A stretch of 64,000 nt of DNA from Marinilabiliales bacterium (GTDB taxonomy: Bacteria > Bacteroidota > Bacteroidia > Bacteroidales > ML635J-15): contig PKTB01000026.1 in the NCBI GenBank assembly GCA_002869385.1, positions 8,104 through 72,103 of the forward strand, written 5' to 3'. Shown here piece by piece: positions 24,189-36,421 of the stretch. The notes under the pieces were generated by a model. It ran no database searches and was not told where the DNA came from. It worked only from the letters and a program-made list of their open reading frames with translations. A program made the position numbers and the translations under genes. Position 1 is the stretch's first letter. Every line of letters begins with the position of its first letter.

Positions 24189-26125
24189 GATTTTAATATT
24201 ATATTGAGATCTTGCATTAATCTGTAGTCTTTAGCATACATCATATTAAGTCTTTCAATTAATGCGGTAGAAATCTCATCATGTTTTATTATAACAGCCG
24301 GAGAAAATATTCACGGTTTGATTTTTGGTAATAGGCTTGTATCAGCATCCTTTTTATTACAATAACCAACAAAAGACCGGCTACCATAGAATACCCTAAA
24401 TAAGTTTTTTATCATTTTCCAACGTCCCGGAGTTATAATAATCAGAATAGGTAGGAGTAAAATCATGAAAAATGAAAAAACAAAATCTAACATTCTTTTA
24501 TTTCTTTGATTTTCAGGTTTTACAATGCTGTTAATATCAATATTGTAAAGTTCACCTGTTGTATTTATTGAGTTGCTACCTATAACACTAATTCCATCAG
24601 GACTTGCAATTTTATAATCTAGTTTTGCATTATTTAGTTGTAGCATTGTGTTAATTATCTGTTGTGATTTTAAATTTTTAGCACAGAAAATTATTTCGTC
24701 AATCTTTTTAATTCTTACAATTTCGTCAAGTTGTTCTACTGTGCCTGCAAAAAAATTATCCTGATTATCATTTTGCGGATTAACAAATGCTTCGATCTTA
24801 ATTTTTGGGTTATTATTATTTAGTAAATTTACTAGATTGTTGCTTTCTTTTTTATTTCCGACAATAGCAACGCGTTTTTTACCTGGTAGATTAATATTAA
24901 AAATAGATCTACCAGTAAAATAAAGTAGAAATCTAATGATTGGCAGAAGGATTATTGTCCAGGCAGAGCCAAGTAAAATTAAAGCTCTAGAGAAACGTAA
25001 TTCAACAGGAAGTAGAGAGTATAAAACAAGTATTATTACGGCTCCCACACCAATACCTTTGAATATATTTTTAATTTTAACAGGCTTATCGTAACCACCA
25101 AGAAATAGTAATGAGAATAACCAAATAATCACATAAGAAATAACTCCATATATCTTTACATCTTCTGGATATGCATCTTGATGTCCAAAAATATGATTAG
25201 ACCAGATGGGGGTAAGTAATGCAAATCCGGAAAGGATAACCAAAGCATCAATAATTGGTGTAATAATGCTACGGACAAATCTGTATAATATTGCAGCTGC
25301 AGCACGCAAATATATTGCAAAGTTTATTAATGCACTAAATGTACCAGCATGCTTTTTAGAGAAGTGTTTTTTTGCAAAGATTATCATTGCATTGTAAAAC
25401 ACTAAAACATAATTAATACTTCCTTTTTTTGTACTTTCACCTTTATAATGGATTATTGTAGTTCCAGGGTAATAATAATTTTTGTAATCTGCGAGTGTTA
25501 TACGGTACGACATGTCAATATCTTCACCATACATAAAAAAAGCTTCGTCAAGCAATCCGGTTTTATCTAGACACTCTTTTATTAGAAGCATAAATGCACC
25601 AGAAAGAACATCGACAATATGGGTTTGATCTTTATCAAGATAGGTAAGGTGATATTTTCCATATTTTTTAGATCTAGGGAATAGTTTTGCTAGTCCAAAT
25701 ATCTTATAAAATGCAACTTCAGGAGTTGGTAACCCACGTTTTGACTCAGGTAAAAATCTACCTTTACCATCAATCATTTTCACACCAAGTCCACCGGCAT
25801 CAGAATGAGAATCCATAAAGTCACAAACAGATTGAAGAGTTTTCTCTTCTATTACTGTATCCGGATTAAGAAGTAATACATACTCACCTTTAGCTTCTTT
25901 TATTGCCTGATTGTTCGCATAAGAAAAACCATAGTTCTTTTTGTTCTCAATAAGTTTTACTTGTGGAAATTTTTCCTTTACCATTGAGCAGGAACCATCT
26001 ACAGAGTTGTTGTCAACTACAAATACTTCAGTCTCGCAATGCTTGGCTGATGCGAATACTGAATTAAGGCATTGCTCCAGGAAATGCTTAACATTATAGT
26101 TTACTATGACAACAGAAATCTTCAT
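24164..26125 (-). CDS. GT2 glycosyltransferase with TM and C-terminal sugar-transferase-like regions; in-frame TGA at 24311-24313
   Basis: VVIVNYN, VVDNNSVDG, LLNPDT and MYGEDID; read-through KP*IFSP...YAKDY. Confidence 0.88.
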
Positions 26126-26230
26126 ACATGCAATTAACGGACAAAAATAAGAAAAAGTATCAAAACATATTGCATATCCTTGAGCAATTAATATTTGTTG
26201 TATTGCGTGTATTTATGTAAGTTTGTTCTA

Positions 26231-27526
26231 ATGAAAAGATACTTTTCGAAAATACCATTATCCGTAAAAATTTTGGTAGCAATGCTGCTGGGAATTGGAT
26301 TTGGCTTGTTAGCGATAAACACAGGGATTATTAAGTTTACAAATGATTGGATCGCACCATTTGGAGACATCTTTATTAGGTTATTGAAACTAATCGCTAT
26401 TCCACTAATTCTTGTTAGCCTAATAAAAGGCATTTCGGATATTAAGGATACTGCAAGCTTGTCTCGGATGGGTTTGCGTACAGTTTTGCTATATATAGTC
26501 ACCACAGTGATTGCAATTTCTATAGGATTGGCGGCTGCTTATACTATTAAACCCGGGAACTTTTTCCCTGAAGATAAGCAGGAAATGCTTTTTGAAAAGT
26601 ATTCACAGCAAGTTGAAGACAGTGAGGCCGCAGTAAAAGATTCTGAGGATGATAGCCCCATACAATTCTTAGTTGAAATTGTACCAGAGAATATTTTTAT
26701 GTCAACGACTAATAATACTATGATGTTGCAAGTTATCTTTTTTGCCATTTTATTTGGTTCTGCAATAATAGTATTACCTAGAAGTAAGACCGAACCTGTG
26801 CGAAACTTTTTTGATTCGCTTAATGATATTGTCTTAAAGATAATTGAGATAATAATGAATTTTGCGCCAATAGGAGTGTTTGCTCTTATTGTATCTGTAA
26901 TAGTTGATGTTGCCGGGGATAATCCTGCTGATTCTGCTTCTCTATTTGGTTCACTAGCTCTTTATGGTTTAACAGTAGTTCTTGGTCTTTTGGCTATGAT
27001 ATTGTTAATCTATCCTCTTTTTGCAACAGGTATTGGGAAGGTAAGATATTTGAAATTTATAAAAGGGGTATTTCCTGCTCAATTACTTGCTTTTAGAACC
27101 AGTTCAAGTGCTGCAACTTTGCCGGTTACAAAAAAGTGTGTTGAGGAGAACCTCGATGTTGAAGATGAGGTAAGTAGCTTTGTTTTGCCAATTGGTGCAA
27201 CCATAAATATGGATGGAACCAGCTTATATCAGGCTGTGGCTGCAGTTTTTATCGCTCAGGTTTTTGGTATTGACCTTACCTTTGTCGATATGCTAACCAT
27301 AATCCTTACTGCAACCCTAGCTTCTATAGGTTCTGCTGCAGTTCCGGGTACGGGAATGATAATGCTGATAATTGTACTTTCTTCTGTTAATATTCCTGCC
27401 GAAGGTCTTGCTCTTATATTTGCAGTTGACAGACCTCTTTATATGATGAGAACCTCAGTGAATGTTACCGGAGATTCTGTGATATCTGTTATAATCAATA
27501 GGTTTCTTCGAAAGAGAAAATCTTGA
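26231..27526 (+). CDS. Dicarboxylate/amino acid:cation symporter (GltP/DAACS family)
   Basis: TSSSAATLP, PIGATINMDG and RTSVNVTGD motifs. Confidence 0.93.
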   Translation: MKRYFSKIPLSVKILVAMLLGIGFGLLAINTGIIKFTNDWIAPFGDIFIRLLKLIAIPLILVSLIKGISDIKDTASLSRMGLRTVLLYIVTTVIAISIGLAAAYTIKPGNFFPEDKQEMLFEKYSQQVEDSEAAVKDSEDDSPIQFLVEIVPENIFMSTTNNTMMLQVIFFAILFGSAIIVLPRSKTEPVRNFFDSLNDIVLKIIEIIMNFAPIGVFALIVSVIVDVAGDNPADSASLFGSLALYGLTVVLGLLAMILLIYPLFATGIGKVRYLKFIKGVFPAQLLAFRTSSSAATLPVTKKCVEENLDVEDEVSSFVLPIGATINMDGTSLYQAVAAVFIAQVFGIDLTFVDMLTIILTATLASIGSAAVPGTGMIMLIIVLSSVNIPAEGLALIFAVDRPLYMMRTSVNVTGDSVISVIINRFLRKRKS

Positions 27527-28575
27527 TGGATAAAAAATATAAAATATTAGCCTTTTATTTTACAGGAACAGGGAATGCAAAAGCTGCTGCTGAATGGATA
27601 GGTAAATATGCAAATGAAAGATCTGTTGAAGCTGAGATTTTTAATATAGATGAGCTTAGGACAGAAGAATTACCCAAAATAAACAAAGGCGATATAATTG
27701 GAATAATATCACCAACCCATGGTTTTAATTTACCTCCGGTTGTATTACGATTTATTAGTCGACTACCAAAGTCAAATAAAAATAAGGCTTTTATTATAAA
27801 TACACGAGCAGGAATGAAACTGCATAAGTTATTTCTTCCTGGTTTAAGCGGAATTGCTCAGTATTGGACAGCTTTAAGACTAAAGTTTAAATCATATGAG
27901 ATAATTGGAATGCAGCCGTTGGATATGCCTTCGAATTGGTTAATTATTCATCCCGGAATTAAACAAAATGTTGTAAAATCAATTTTTAATCGTTGCGAAA
28001 CTAAGATTGAAGGTTTTGTAGATAAAATATTGAATGGTAAGAAAGTTTACAAGGCATTGTTATCATTGCCTTTTGATCTGGCAGTTTTACCAGTTTCCAT
28101 TTTGTATTTCTTTGTTGGCAGATTCTTTTTAGCCAAAACAATGTTTGCAAATTTTGATTGTAACTCATGCAGATTATGTGAGAAAAAATGCCCTGTTAAT
28201 GCAATTAAAATAATTGATAAAAGACCATTTTGGACATTTAATTGCGAAAGCTGTATGCGATGCGTAAATATCTGCCCACAGAGAGCAATTGAAACCTCGC
28301 ACTCCTTTGTTGCAATGATGATTGTAACTTATTCATTGGTTATAAGCCCGCTCATATTATTGGGGATATCGAAATTAGATTTTATAAATGCAGATAATCT
28401 AATAATTGATAATCTAATCAGCATTATAGCTGCATATATCTTCTTAACAATTATGATGCTCTCGTATTATATAGTTCATTTTCTCCTACGATTTAGATTC
28501 TTTAATGCAATTATGACATATACCTCTTTAAGCAAGTTTAAGTTTTGGCGTAGGTATAAAGGCTTGAAGGAGTAA
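27526..28575 (+). CDS. EFR1-family flavodoxin-ferredoxin fusion with C-terminal TM helices
   Basis: YFTGTGNA; CNSCRLCEKKCP and CESCMRCVNICP 4Fe-4S motifs. Confidence 0.85.
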   Translation: MDKKYKILAFYFTGTGNAKAAAEWIGKYANERSVEAEIFNIDELRTEELPKINKGDIIGIISPTHGFNLPPVVLRFISRLPKSNKNKAFIINTRAGMKLHKLFLPGLSGIAQYWTALRLKFKSYEIIGMQPLDMPSNWLIIHPGIKQNVVKSIFNRCETKIEGFVDKILNGKKVYKALLSLPFDLAVLPVSILYFFVGRFFLAKTMFANFDCNSCRLCEKKCPVNAIKIIDKRPFWTFNCESCMRCVNICPQRAIETSHSFVAMMIVTYSLVISPLILLGISKLDFINADNLIIDNLISIIAAYIFLTIMMLSYYIVHFLLRFRFFNAIMTYTSLSKFKFWRRYKGLKE

Positions 28576-28795
28576 CTGACTTTTTTATCTCTGTAAACTA
28601 TAATTGCTGCCATGCAACAAAATGCAAATGTAAAAGCTAAAAAACTTACAAAATACTCTAAAATTGTTTTAGGCTTTGTTATAAAGTATTACATTGCATT
28701 GAAATTATAAAAAGTGTATTTGTTTACTGAGATTTAATATGTAATTATAGTTTTAGAGGGTATAAACTAGTTAGCTGTAAGCTGGAAAAACTAAA

Positions 28796-29992
28796 ATGAG
28801 AAAAGAAATAATAGTATGGTGTTTTGTTCTTTTTGCTTGTTGTAACTGTAAAAGTCAGCAAGTAATTCAATCATCATTTTCTAATGGAAATATACCAATA
28901 ACTTATCGAAATCATATTTATATTAAAGGTGTGACAGATAGTGTATCAGGTAACTTTGTATTTGACACAGGTGCTACAAATCTATATTTTGACGATTTAT
29001 TTTATCGCTCTAATAAATTTAGCTACAAGAATTTAAAAAATGGTCATATTACAGGTGCAGGTACAAAAGGACAGGATATTGTTATAATAATGGATACTGT
29101 CAATTTTTCTTTCGCAAGTGAAAACTATGAAACAGAAGCAGTTCCTGTTTTGATGCTTAAGTCAATTCTTGGTGATTATGCTGATGGAATTATAGGTTTG
29201 GATTATTTCGCTAATAGCGTGCTTGAAATCAATTATATTGATGAATATATTAAACTCTATGAGGACATAAATTTAATTGACGTTACAAAATATAAGAAAC
29301 TCAAACTTGAAAAATTTGAAAATCGATTGCACCTTCCTTTGACAATATATATCGATAGCATAAATAAAATATCAGGCTTATTTCGTTTAGATATTGGCAA
29401 TGGAGGTTGTATTTCTATTACAAGTCCAGTTGCAAAAGAGAATGAATTAGAGAAAAGAATTGAAAATAAAGTTGGTTCTTTTTCCAAATATGAAGGTGTC
29501 GGAGGAGATTCATTTTGCTATTATTTTAGAGCTGATTCGGTATTATTTTCTGATTATGTTTTAGAAGATGTTACTATGAATTTTAGTACCGACAATGCCG
29601 GGTCACTAGCTGTATATAATCATTATGGATTATTAGGAAATGGTATATTAGAGAAATTTGATCTTATAATAGATTTTAAAGAGTTATATCTTTACATAAA
29701 ACCGAATGAAAACATATACATTCCTTTTGACTTTTCTTCTTTAGTATTTGGTTATGTTAACAGGAGTGAATCGATGGGAGTTTGGATAGTTGCAAGCATA
29801 CGGGAGAATAGTAATGCGAGCAAGAGCGGATTAAAAATTGATGATCAAATTATTTCTATTAATGGAATATCTGTGAGTGAAATTCTATTTGAATGCCAGG
29901 ATGACTTTTTTGATGATGTAGATGAAATAAATCTGGAAATAAAGAGAAAAAGAAGAACAAAAGAAATTAATATTGTATTAGAAGATTTTTAG
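28796..29992 (+). CDS. Tandem retropepsin-like aspartyl protease with C-terminal PDZ domain
   Basis: FVFDTGA, GIIG, LDIG, GLLG motifs; GLKIDDQIISING PDZ-like segment. Confidence 0.8.
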   Translation: MRKEIIVWCFVLFACCNCKSQQVIQSSFSNGNIPITYRNHIYIKGVTDSVSGNFVFDTGATNLYFDDLFYRSNKFSYKNLKNGHITGAGTKGQDIVIIMDTVNFSFASENYETEAVPVLMLKSILGDYADGIIGLDYFANSVLEINYIDEYIKLYEDINLIDVTKYKKLKLEKFENRLHLPLTIYIDSINKISGLFRLDIGNGGCISITSPVAKENELEKRIENKVGSFSKYEGVGGDSFCYYFRADSVLFSDYVLEDVTMNFSTDNAGSLAVYNHYGLLGNGILEKFDLIIDFKELYLYIKPNENIYIPFDFSSLVFGYVNRSESMGVWIVASIRENSNASKSGLKIDDQIISINGISVSEILFECQDDFFDDVDEINLEIKRKRRTKEINIVLEDF

Positions 29993-30217
29993 TTTAAGCA
30001 CCCGCTTACACCTTATTCCTTGTATGCCCAACTAGACATATAATATTAAAGCAAACCCTTAACTCTTTATTATTTTACTTCTTAGATTATATAAATGCAG
30101 ATAATTTAATAATTGATAATCTTATCAGCATTATAGCTGCCATACAATAAGAATCTTACATTTAAAAGCGGGAAAATGATAGTTTGTCCCAATCAATATT
30201 ATTAACTTTTGTTCAGT

Positions 30218-31777
30218 CTATTTATACTCTCCTGCCAACTTAAAAGCTTCGTATGCATTAACAATTCCACCGGACTCGGATAATTCAGAAAATTTCACTT
30301 TTTTTCTTTTCTCATTTTCAAGATCTGGTTTTAAAACTTTCAGGTTCTTTTTAGGTTTATAGGAACTTTCTTTGAGGATTGTCACCATCTCGCTTGCTGT
30401 TAAATCCGGATAGTATGACCAAATTAATGCAGCAATTCCACTAACAATAGGTCCGGCAATACTGGTTCCGCTTGAGCCCCTATATCTACTATCACCATAA
30501 AGTGAAATCACATCTACTCCCGGAGAATAAATATCTACATATTCCTTTCCATAATTTGAAAAGATTCCAACAAAATACTTATCAATTTCAATACTTGATG
30601 CACCTACACTAATCCAATTTTTTAGTTCAGTATTGTCGTTCAATCTATCACTTGGATAGCTTGGATATAAATCAAGATCAACGCCATAATTTCCGGCACT
30701 ATGTACTAAAAGGACATTGTGATCCTGAGCATATTTCACTGCAAAGTCTACAAATTCTTTATTCGGTGAGTATTGTTTCCCAAAACTCATATTGATAATA
30801 TTAGCTCCATTGTCAACTGCATAAATAATTGCTATGGCAATATCTTTGTCTCGCTCATCACCGTCAGGAACAACTCTTAATGTCATTATTTCAACATCTG
30901 TTGCAATACCGTCAATACCAATTCCATTGCCTCTTACAGCAGCTATAACGCCTGCAGTTGATGTGCCATGATCATAACTTGGGCCAATAACATCATTGTT
31001 ACCGTAATTTCTATCGTCAAAATCATTTGGATCGTCTCCAACAATCTCTCTTGGATTAAAGTCAAGATTTAAATAATAATCCAAGTATTCCTGATTCATC
31101 TCAAGTACTTCTTCTAAAGCTTCTTCAGTAAAACCAAGTGAATATTTCTCTAACAGAAAATTCTTAGCGTTAAGCACATTTTCATTTTTAGAATCCACTT
31201 TTTTTAGATCTTCTAATGAATTAACCTCTACACCGGTTTCTTTAAGAATTAATTCTTTTGCACTATAATACGACTTTTCAAAGTTTTTAAAGCCTTTTAT
31301 ATTATCTTCTCTGTATTTTAACTCTTTATTGTATTGTTCTTTAGCCTTGCTTAGATAATCGCTTTCTTCTGATTTTTTTACTATTCGTGTATATTCATAA
31401 TTCTCGTAGTTAACATTCTCACCATTTGCATTACCAATAAAATTCCAGCCATGCACATCGTCTGTATATCCATTATCATCATCATCAATATTATTATCAG
31501 GAATTTCGTCATCATTTGTCCAGATTTGTCCTTCCAGATCTTCATGCATTATGTCAATACCACTATCAATCACCGCAACAATTACTGTTCGTTTAGGCTT
31601 CATATCTTTTATGTGCTAATAAAGCTTATTAACACTCGTCCCCATTACATCGTTAATACTTAAGTCCTTATTTTGCAAGTTCAAATATTTAGGATTATAA
31701 TTGTCTACACTTTCTTCCTGTGCTGTAATTGAAATGTAGGAAATGAGTAATACAAATAGAATTACGTACTTCTTCAT
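30218..31777 (-). CDS. S8 subtilisin-like serine peptidase with in-frame TAG at 31616-31618
   Basis: VAVIDSG, HGT and SGTS triad motifs; in-frame upstream signal peptide MKKYVILF. Confidence 0.88.
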
Positions 31778-32138
31778 AGCATTAAAAATTAGTTATTAAT
31801 AGGTTTAATTATGCTTTTGGCAATTTTAAGAACATAAGATAGTTAAATTAAAGATACGTTGTATTGGTTTTTATAAATATTTCGTCTTTTTAATGTTTCG
31901 ATTACATACTTTCAATTTTCAATTTAAAACTTAAGTTATTTTAACTTTGTTTTACCTGGTCAGGAGTATTAAAAGCCAGATGATATCATAATAAATTATA
32001 CATTTTTTTGCGATTTAAGTTTTTAATATGCTAATGACATACACCTTTTTAAGTAAATTTAGGTTTTGACGTAGGTATAAAGGGTTGAAGAGATAATTTG
32101 TTGAAATAATCAGAAGTTATATTTTGCATTATTGTTTT

Positions 32139-32197
32139 CGGAGTATCGCGCTACGTTCGGGACGTAGAGGTCGGAAGTTCGAGTCTTCTCACCCCGA
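32139..32197 (+). pseudogene. Degenerate tRNA-Pro(CGG) copy lacking the D-arm
   Basis: 3' ~50 nt nearly identical to 35323-35373; ~14 nt missing in the 5' part. Confidence 0.8.
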
Positions 32198-32201
32198 CAA
32201 A

Positions 32202-32230
32202 AAAAGCATCTGTAAGATTAGATGCTTTTT
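32202..32230. terminator. Bidirectional terminator-like hairpin
   Basis: aaaagcatct...agatgctttt. Confidence 0.65.
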
Positions 32231-32247
32231 CTATTTTATGAGTTCGA

Positions 32248-33867
32248 TTAGTTTTTCAATATTTTCTGATAACTTGATTTTTCTCCATCAGATATTTTAA
32301 TAAAATATGTTCCTTTTTTCAATGTCTCTAAATTTATTTTAGTTTCATTTTCAAAATCACCGGAAAGTATGGTTTGTCCTAGAGGGTTTAATATTTCATA
32401 TGAGTAAATTACATTTTGTGAGTTCTCAATATTTATATTGATATAGTCACTTGTTGGGTTGGGAAATAATTTAATATCAGACGAAAAGCTAATGTCATTA
32501 ACTGAGTTTACATCATTAATAGAGAGTTCAAATTCTTTGTCAGAGCTTCCAATAGTTGAGTTTGTTAAAACCATAACCAGTTTAGAAAGTACGTAAGAAT
32601 CCGGTTGGTCAAAACTTAAAGAATTTCCGTCAAATGGAATTACATCTTTAATATTATCATCTTCATAAGCTAATAAATGCATTTGCCAATCGCCACCTTC
32701 AGGAAAGTTAAGATTAAGTTCCAGAGTAGTGAAATAAGTATTGAATTTATAGTAATGAGCAGCACAATCACTTACGCTACCTGATTTGCTTGCAGGGTAT
32801 GACGTAAAGTATTGCTTTACTGTAAATGCAGGAAGACTTAATAATTCATAAGCGTATATGCCTTCATCATACGAAAGGTCGTCTACGTAATTTGCAATTG
32901 TCCAGTTTGTAAATATCTCCTGAAAACTTAAAGGGAAGCTAATGGATTCTAAAGTGCTCTCTATGCCATTAATCCCATTTTCTGTATTTGCGACTAAGGC
33001 AGTAATAAAATCAGGCCCTATTGTATGTTCTGCAAGGTATGTTACAAAAAGCATTGTTTTTACATAATAAGAAAAATTCTGATCCCAAGCTGTCAGGTTA
33101 TTATCAGAGTTGGATGTGAAACTTGTTATTGGATCCGGCTCACCGAATAATACCATTGCAAACTCAGCACAACCTTCATCTATCCAGGTTTCTTCGTTAG
33201 GGTCATATCCAAAATGTATCAAGTGTTGTAATTCATGAGACAAAACAGAAAGTGTTACCATATCAGTTGGGTCAACAGGGTTGCAGCTCATATATAGCAT
33301 TTCGCACTCATTGCTATGAGATCCGGCATCTTGGGCTTCAGCTTCAGTCATCTGGTTATAAGCTGAGAAATAGCCATCAAAAACAGATCCGTTATAAGAG
33401 CCTAATGACGAAAAATAGAAAATAACTTTTGGGTCACTGTCAAGTTCATCGGGGATGGTGCCAAAATATAATTCACTCATTTCCATAATTCCCATTTCTT
33501 CAGATGTGGCAGTAGCATTTTCAAGGTATTTAAATACAGAGTCAACATCTTGCTGAGTCATATTTGTACCCCAGTCGTCATCAGCAACGAAAATGTATGA
33601 CTTTTCTCCAACTGCCCTGCATGTAGCAGATTGATTTATCCAACCGGGAGGCATAACACTTAAATTATATCTCCAAAAGTTTCTGGAATCACCAACATTA
33701 TAAGAGGTAACTTCTTTATATGCTTTGATTTGTGCATTGTGTTCAGTATCTGCATACTTTAGATAATCTTTCTTAGCCTGATCTATGTGCTCCTGAAGTT
33801 GTCCAAATGCTGTCGCAGATAATAATGTAAGTAAAATAAGAGTAAAAATTGTAAATGTCTTTTTCAT
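32248..33867 (-). CDS. T9SS-secreted zinc metallopeptidase (M30/M6-like)
   Basis: HELQHLIH...WIDEG motif; FPNP CTD. Confidence 0.78.
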   Translation of the reverse strand: MKKTFTIFTLILLTLLSATAFGQLQEHIDQAKKDYLKYADTEHNAQIKAYKEVTSYNVGDSRNFWRYNLSVMPPGWINQSATCRAVGEKSYIFVADDDWGTNMTQQDVDSVFKYLENATATSEEMGIMEMSELYFGTIPDELDSDPKVIFYFSSLGSYNGSVFDGYFSAYNQMTEAEAQDAGSHSNECEMLYMSCNPVDPTDMVTLSVLSHELQHLIHFGYDPNEETWIDEGCAEFAMVLFGEPDPITSFTSNSDNNLTAWDQNFSYYVKTMLFVTYLAEHTIGPDFITALVANTENGINGIESTLESISFPLSFQEIFTNWTIANYVDDLSYDEGIYAYELLSLPAFTVKQYFTSYPASKSGSVSDCAAHYYKFNTYFTTLELNLNFPEGGDWQMHLLAYEDDNIKDVIPFDGNSLSFDQPDSYVLSKLVMVLTNSTIGSSDKEFELSINDVNSVNDISFSSDIKLFPNPTSDYININIENSQNVIYSYEILNPLGQTILSGDFENETKINLETLKKGTYFIKISDGEKSSYQKILKN

Positions 33868-34244
33868 AATGTGTGTTTTGGTAAATATCAAATATAGCAA
33901 CAATTTTGATATCAGAATGTTCGGAGTTTCTTAAAAATGTTGAGATTTAGAGAATTTAATTGATTTTATGCAAACTCAATAGATGATTAAACTTTTCAAA
34001 CTTTAATATTTGCATTAAGGTAGTTGGATAAGAAACTTTCTGAAACATTGAAAAGAATATGCGTCTAATAAAGAGTGTAAATTATTGAGTGGAAAGAACT
34101 TATCTCAAAGTTGTGATAGTTTTGCACTCCGAAATGAAAAGTATCATATATGTAATCATTAAGCTATTTTAACAATTAATCTTACATTTGCGGAGTAATA
34201 ATGTAAAGTAATCTTGGTAGATTGTGAATTTAAATAGAACCATT

Positions 34245-35033
34245 ATGAAAAGAATTATGCTAATGCTATGTGTGTTATTTATTATTCTTGGTAATACAGT
34301 AATTGCGCAGACAGTAATTTGGAGTGAAGATTTTGAGAGCTATACAGACGGCGATACAGAGGCTGTAGATAATAATACTGCAAACCCATCCATAGATTGG
34401 AGTTTTGGTCCGGGGTCTGCTGTAAATAAAGTATTCGCTAACAATCCTATTACCGGAAGTCTTTCTTTTTATCACAGACAAGGAACTTCAACATGGACTA
34501 CAGAAACTATTGATATATCAATGTATTCGAATGTCTCAATTTCTATAAATTTAAAGGAGACAACTTGTGAAGATGGCGATATGATTGGAACTTTTTATAA
34601 TATTGATTAAAGTGGTCCAATAGAATTTGGTGATGGAAATGGCGATGGTACATTTGGCACTGTTGCAAATTCTGTTGAAGGTCTGAATGGTAACACTTTG
34701 GTGCTATCAGTAACAACTACAAGTGCTGATATTGATGATAAACATAAATTTGATGATATCCTTATTCAGGGCGAATTAGATGTTTCAATTGAAGATTTGA
34801 ACTTAACAGGTAATGAAAATAATGATATTTCAATTTTTCCAAACCCAACATCCGGTATAATTTGTATTGATACAGAAGAAACACAAACTGTAAGAATTTA
34901 TAATGCAGAAGGAAAACAAGTCTATTACGGCAAGGATTGTGAGATTGATTTAAGCAAGTTTCCAAATGGTGTTTATATTATTAAAGTAATTACTGAAGGA
35001 GAAGTGATAACAAAGAAGATATCTAAGCAATAA
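34245..35033 (+). CDS. T9SS type A CTD protein with in-frame TAA at 34608-34610
   Basis: Signal peptide, WSEDFE, IFPNPTSG CTD; both ORFs share a frame. Confidence 0.72.
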
Positions 35034-35059
35034 TATAACAAAAACATAAAGTAGATTGC

Positions 35060-35095
35060 AAAAAAAACGGAGCATAAATGAGCTCCGTTTTTTTT
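35060..35095. terminator. Intrinsic terminator-like hairpin
   Basis: aaaaaaacggagc...gctccgtttttttt. Confidence 0.75.
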
Positions 35096-35300
35096 ATAAA
35101 TGTTTTATCTACAATACTCTTCCGGGATATTCTTCAAGAGCATGTTTTAATGTTTTGATTGCATTTTTTTAAATTTTATTGTTCAATATTCTAATGACAT
35201 ACACTACTTTAAGTTAGTTTAATTTTTGGAGAGGATATGAAGGTGTGAAAAAATAATTTGTCTAAAGTATCAAAAATTGTAATTTTGTATTTCAATTATT

Positions 35301-35373
35301 CGGGGTGTGGCGCAGGTGGTAGCGCGCTACGTTCGGGACGTAGAGACCGGAAGTTCGAGTCTTCTCACCCCGA
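35301..35373 (+). tRNA. tRNA-Pro (anticodon CGG)
   Basis: Acceptor CGGGGTG/CACCCCG-A; anticodon arm CTACG-TTCGGGA-CGTAG; T-loop TTCGAGT. Confidence 0.93.
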
Positions 35374-35434
35374 CAAAAAAGAGGCTGTAACTGATTTAAC
35401 AGAACAGCCTTTATCGTTTCTTTAGTTTTTAATA

Positions 35435-36355
35435 TTAGTTTCTAAGATATTCAGCTGCACTTAAAGCAGCAATAGTTCCGTCTGCTACTGCAGTAGTTAT
35501 TTGTCTGTATTTTTTTGCAATACTATCACCGGCAGCAAAAACACCCGGGATTTCTGTTTTCATTTCTGAATCAACTATAATTTCTTTATTATCATTAAGT
35601 TTGAGAATATTTTCAAGTCCGTCTGAATTTGGAACATATCCGATAAACACAAAAACACCATCAATTTGCATCTCAGTTTTTTAGCCTGTTCTAAGATTTT
35701 CAATAATAGCTTTACGTAAAGACTCGTCACCTGAGAGCTCAGAAATCTTTGACTCCATTATAAAGTTAATTTTAGGATTTGCCTTTGTTTCTTCAACCAC
35801 TGTAGGGAAAGCCTGAAAATGATCAAACTGGTGAACTATTGTAACTTTTGATGCAAAATTTGTTAATGTTACGGCTTCTTCAAGTGCTGAATTTCCACCA
35901 CCAACTACTATAATTTCTTTATCTGTAAAAAAGTCTCCATCACACGTAGCGCAATATGATACCCCACTGCCTTTAAACTCTTCCTCACCTGTAACATTTA
36001 AGTATCTTGGGCGTCCACCTGTTGCAAAGATTATTGTTTTACCTTGGAATGTTCTACCATCGTCAAGTTCTACCGATTTAACATTGCCTTCAAGATTGTA
36101 TTTAACAATTTTCACATTGCTCTTAAGCTTACAACCAAAATCTTTGGCTTGTTTTTTCATGGTGTTAGCAAGAATATAACCATTGGTTTGTTCTACACCC
36201 GGGTAATTCGCAACTTCATTAGTCATTACAACCTGACAACCATAAGTCCCTTCGTTAAGAATTACAGTTGAAAGTTTTGCTCTTGAGCTATAAATTCCTG
36301 CTGTAAGTCCTGCCGGACCTCCACCAATTATTATTACATCGAAAATGTTTTCCAT
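35435..36355 (-). CDS. trxB: Thioredoxin-disulfide reductase with in-frame TAA at 35681-35683
   Basis: GGGPAG, VSYCATCDG, GGGNSA and GVFAAGD; read-through RTG*KTEMQIDGVFVFIG. Confidence 0.9.
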
Positions 36356-36421
36356 ATTATAAATACGTTATCGACAATCCCGGAGCAAATAGCAAACCGG
36401 GACTGTCAATAAAACCTGGCT

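Noticed and set aside
32139-35373. Prophage or ICE between the tRNA-Pro copies
   Set aside because: Only ~3 kb with two secreted-protein genes; no integrase, phage or conjugation genes
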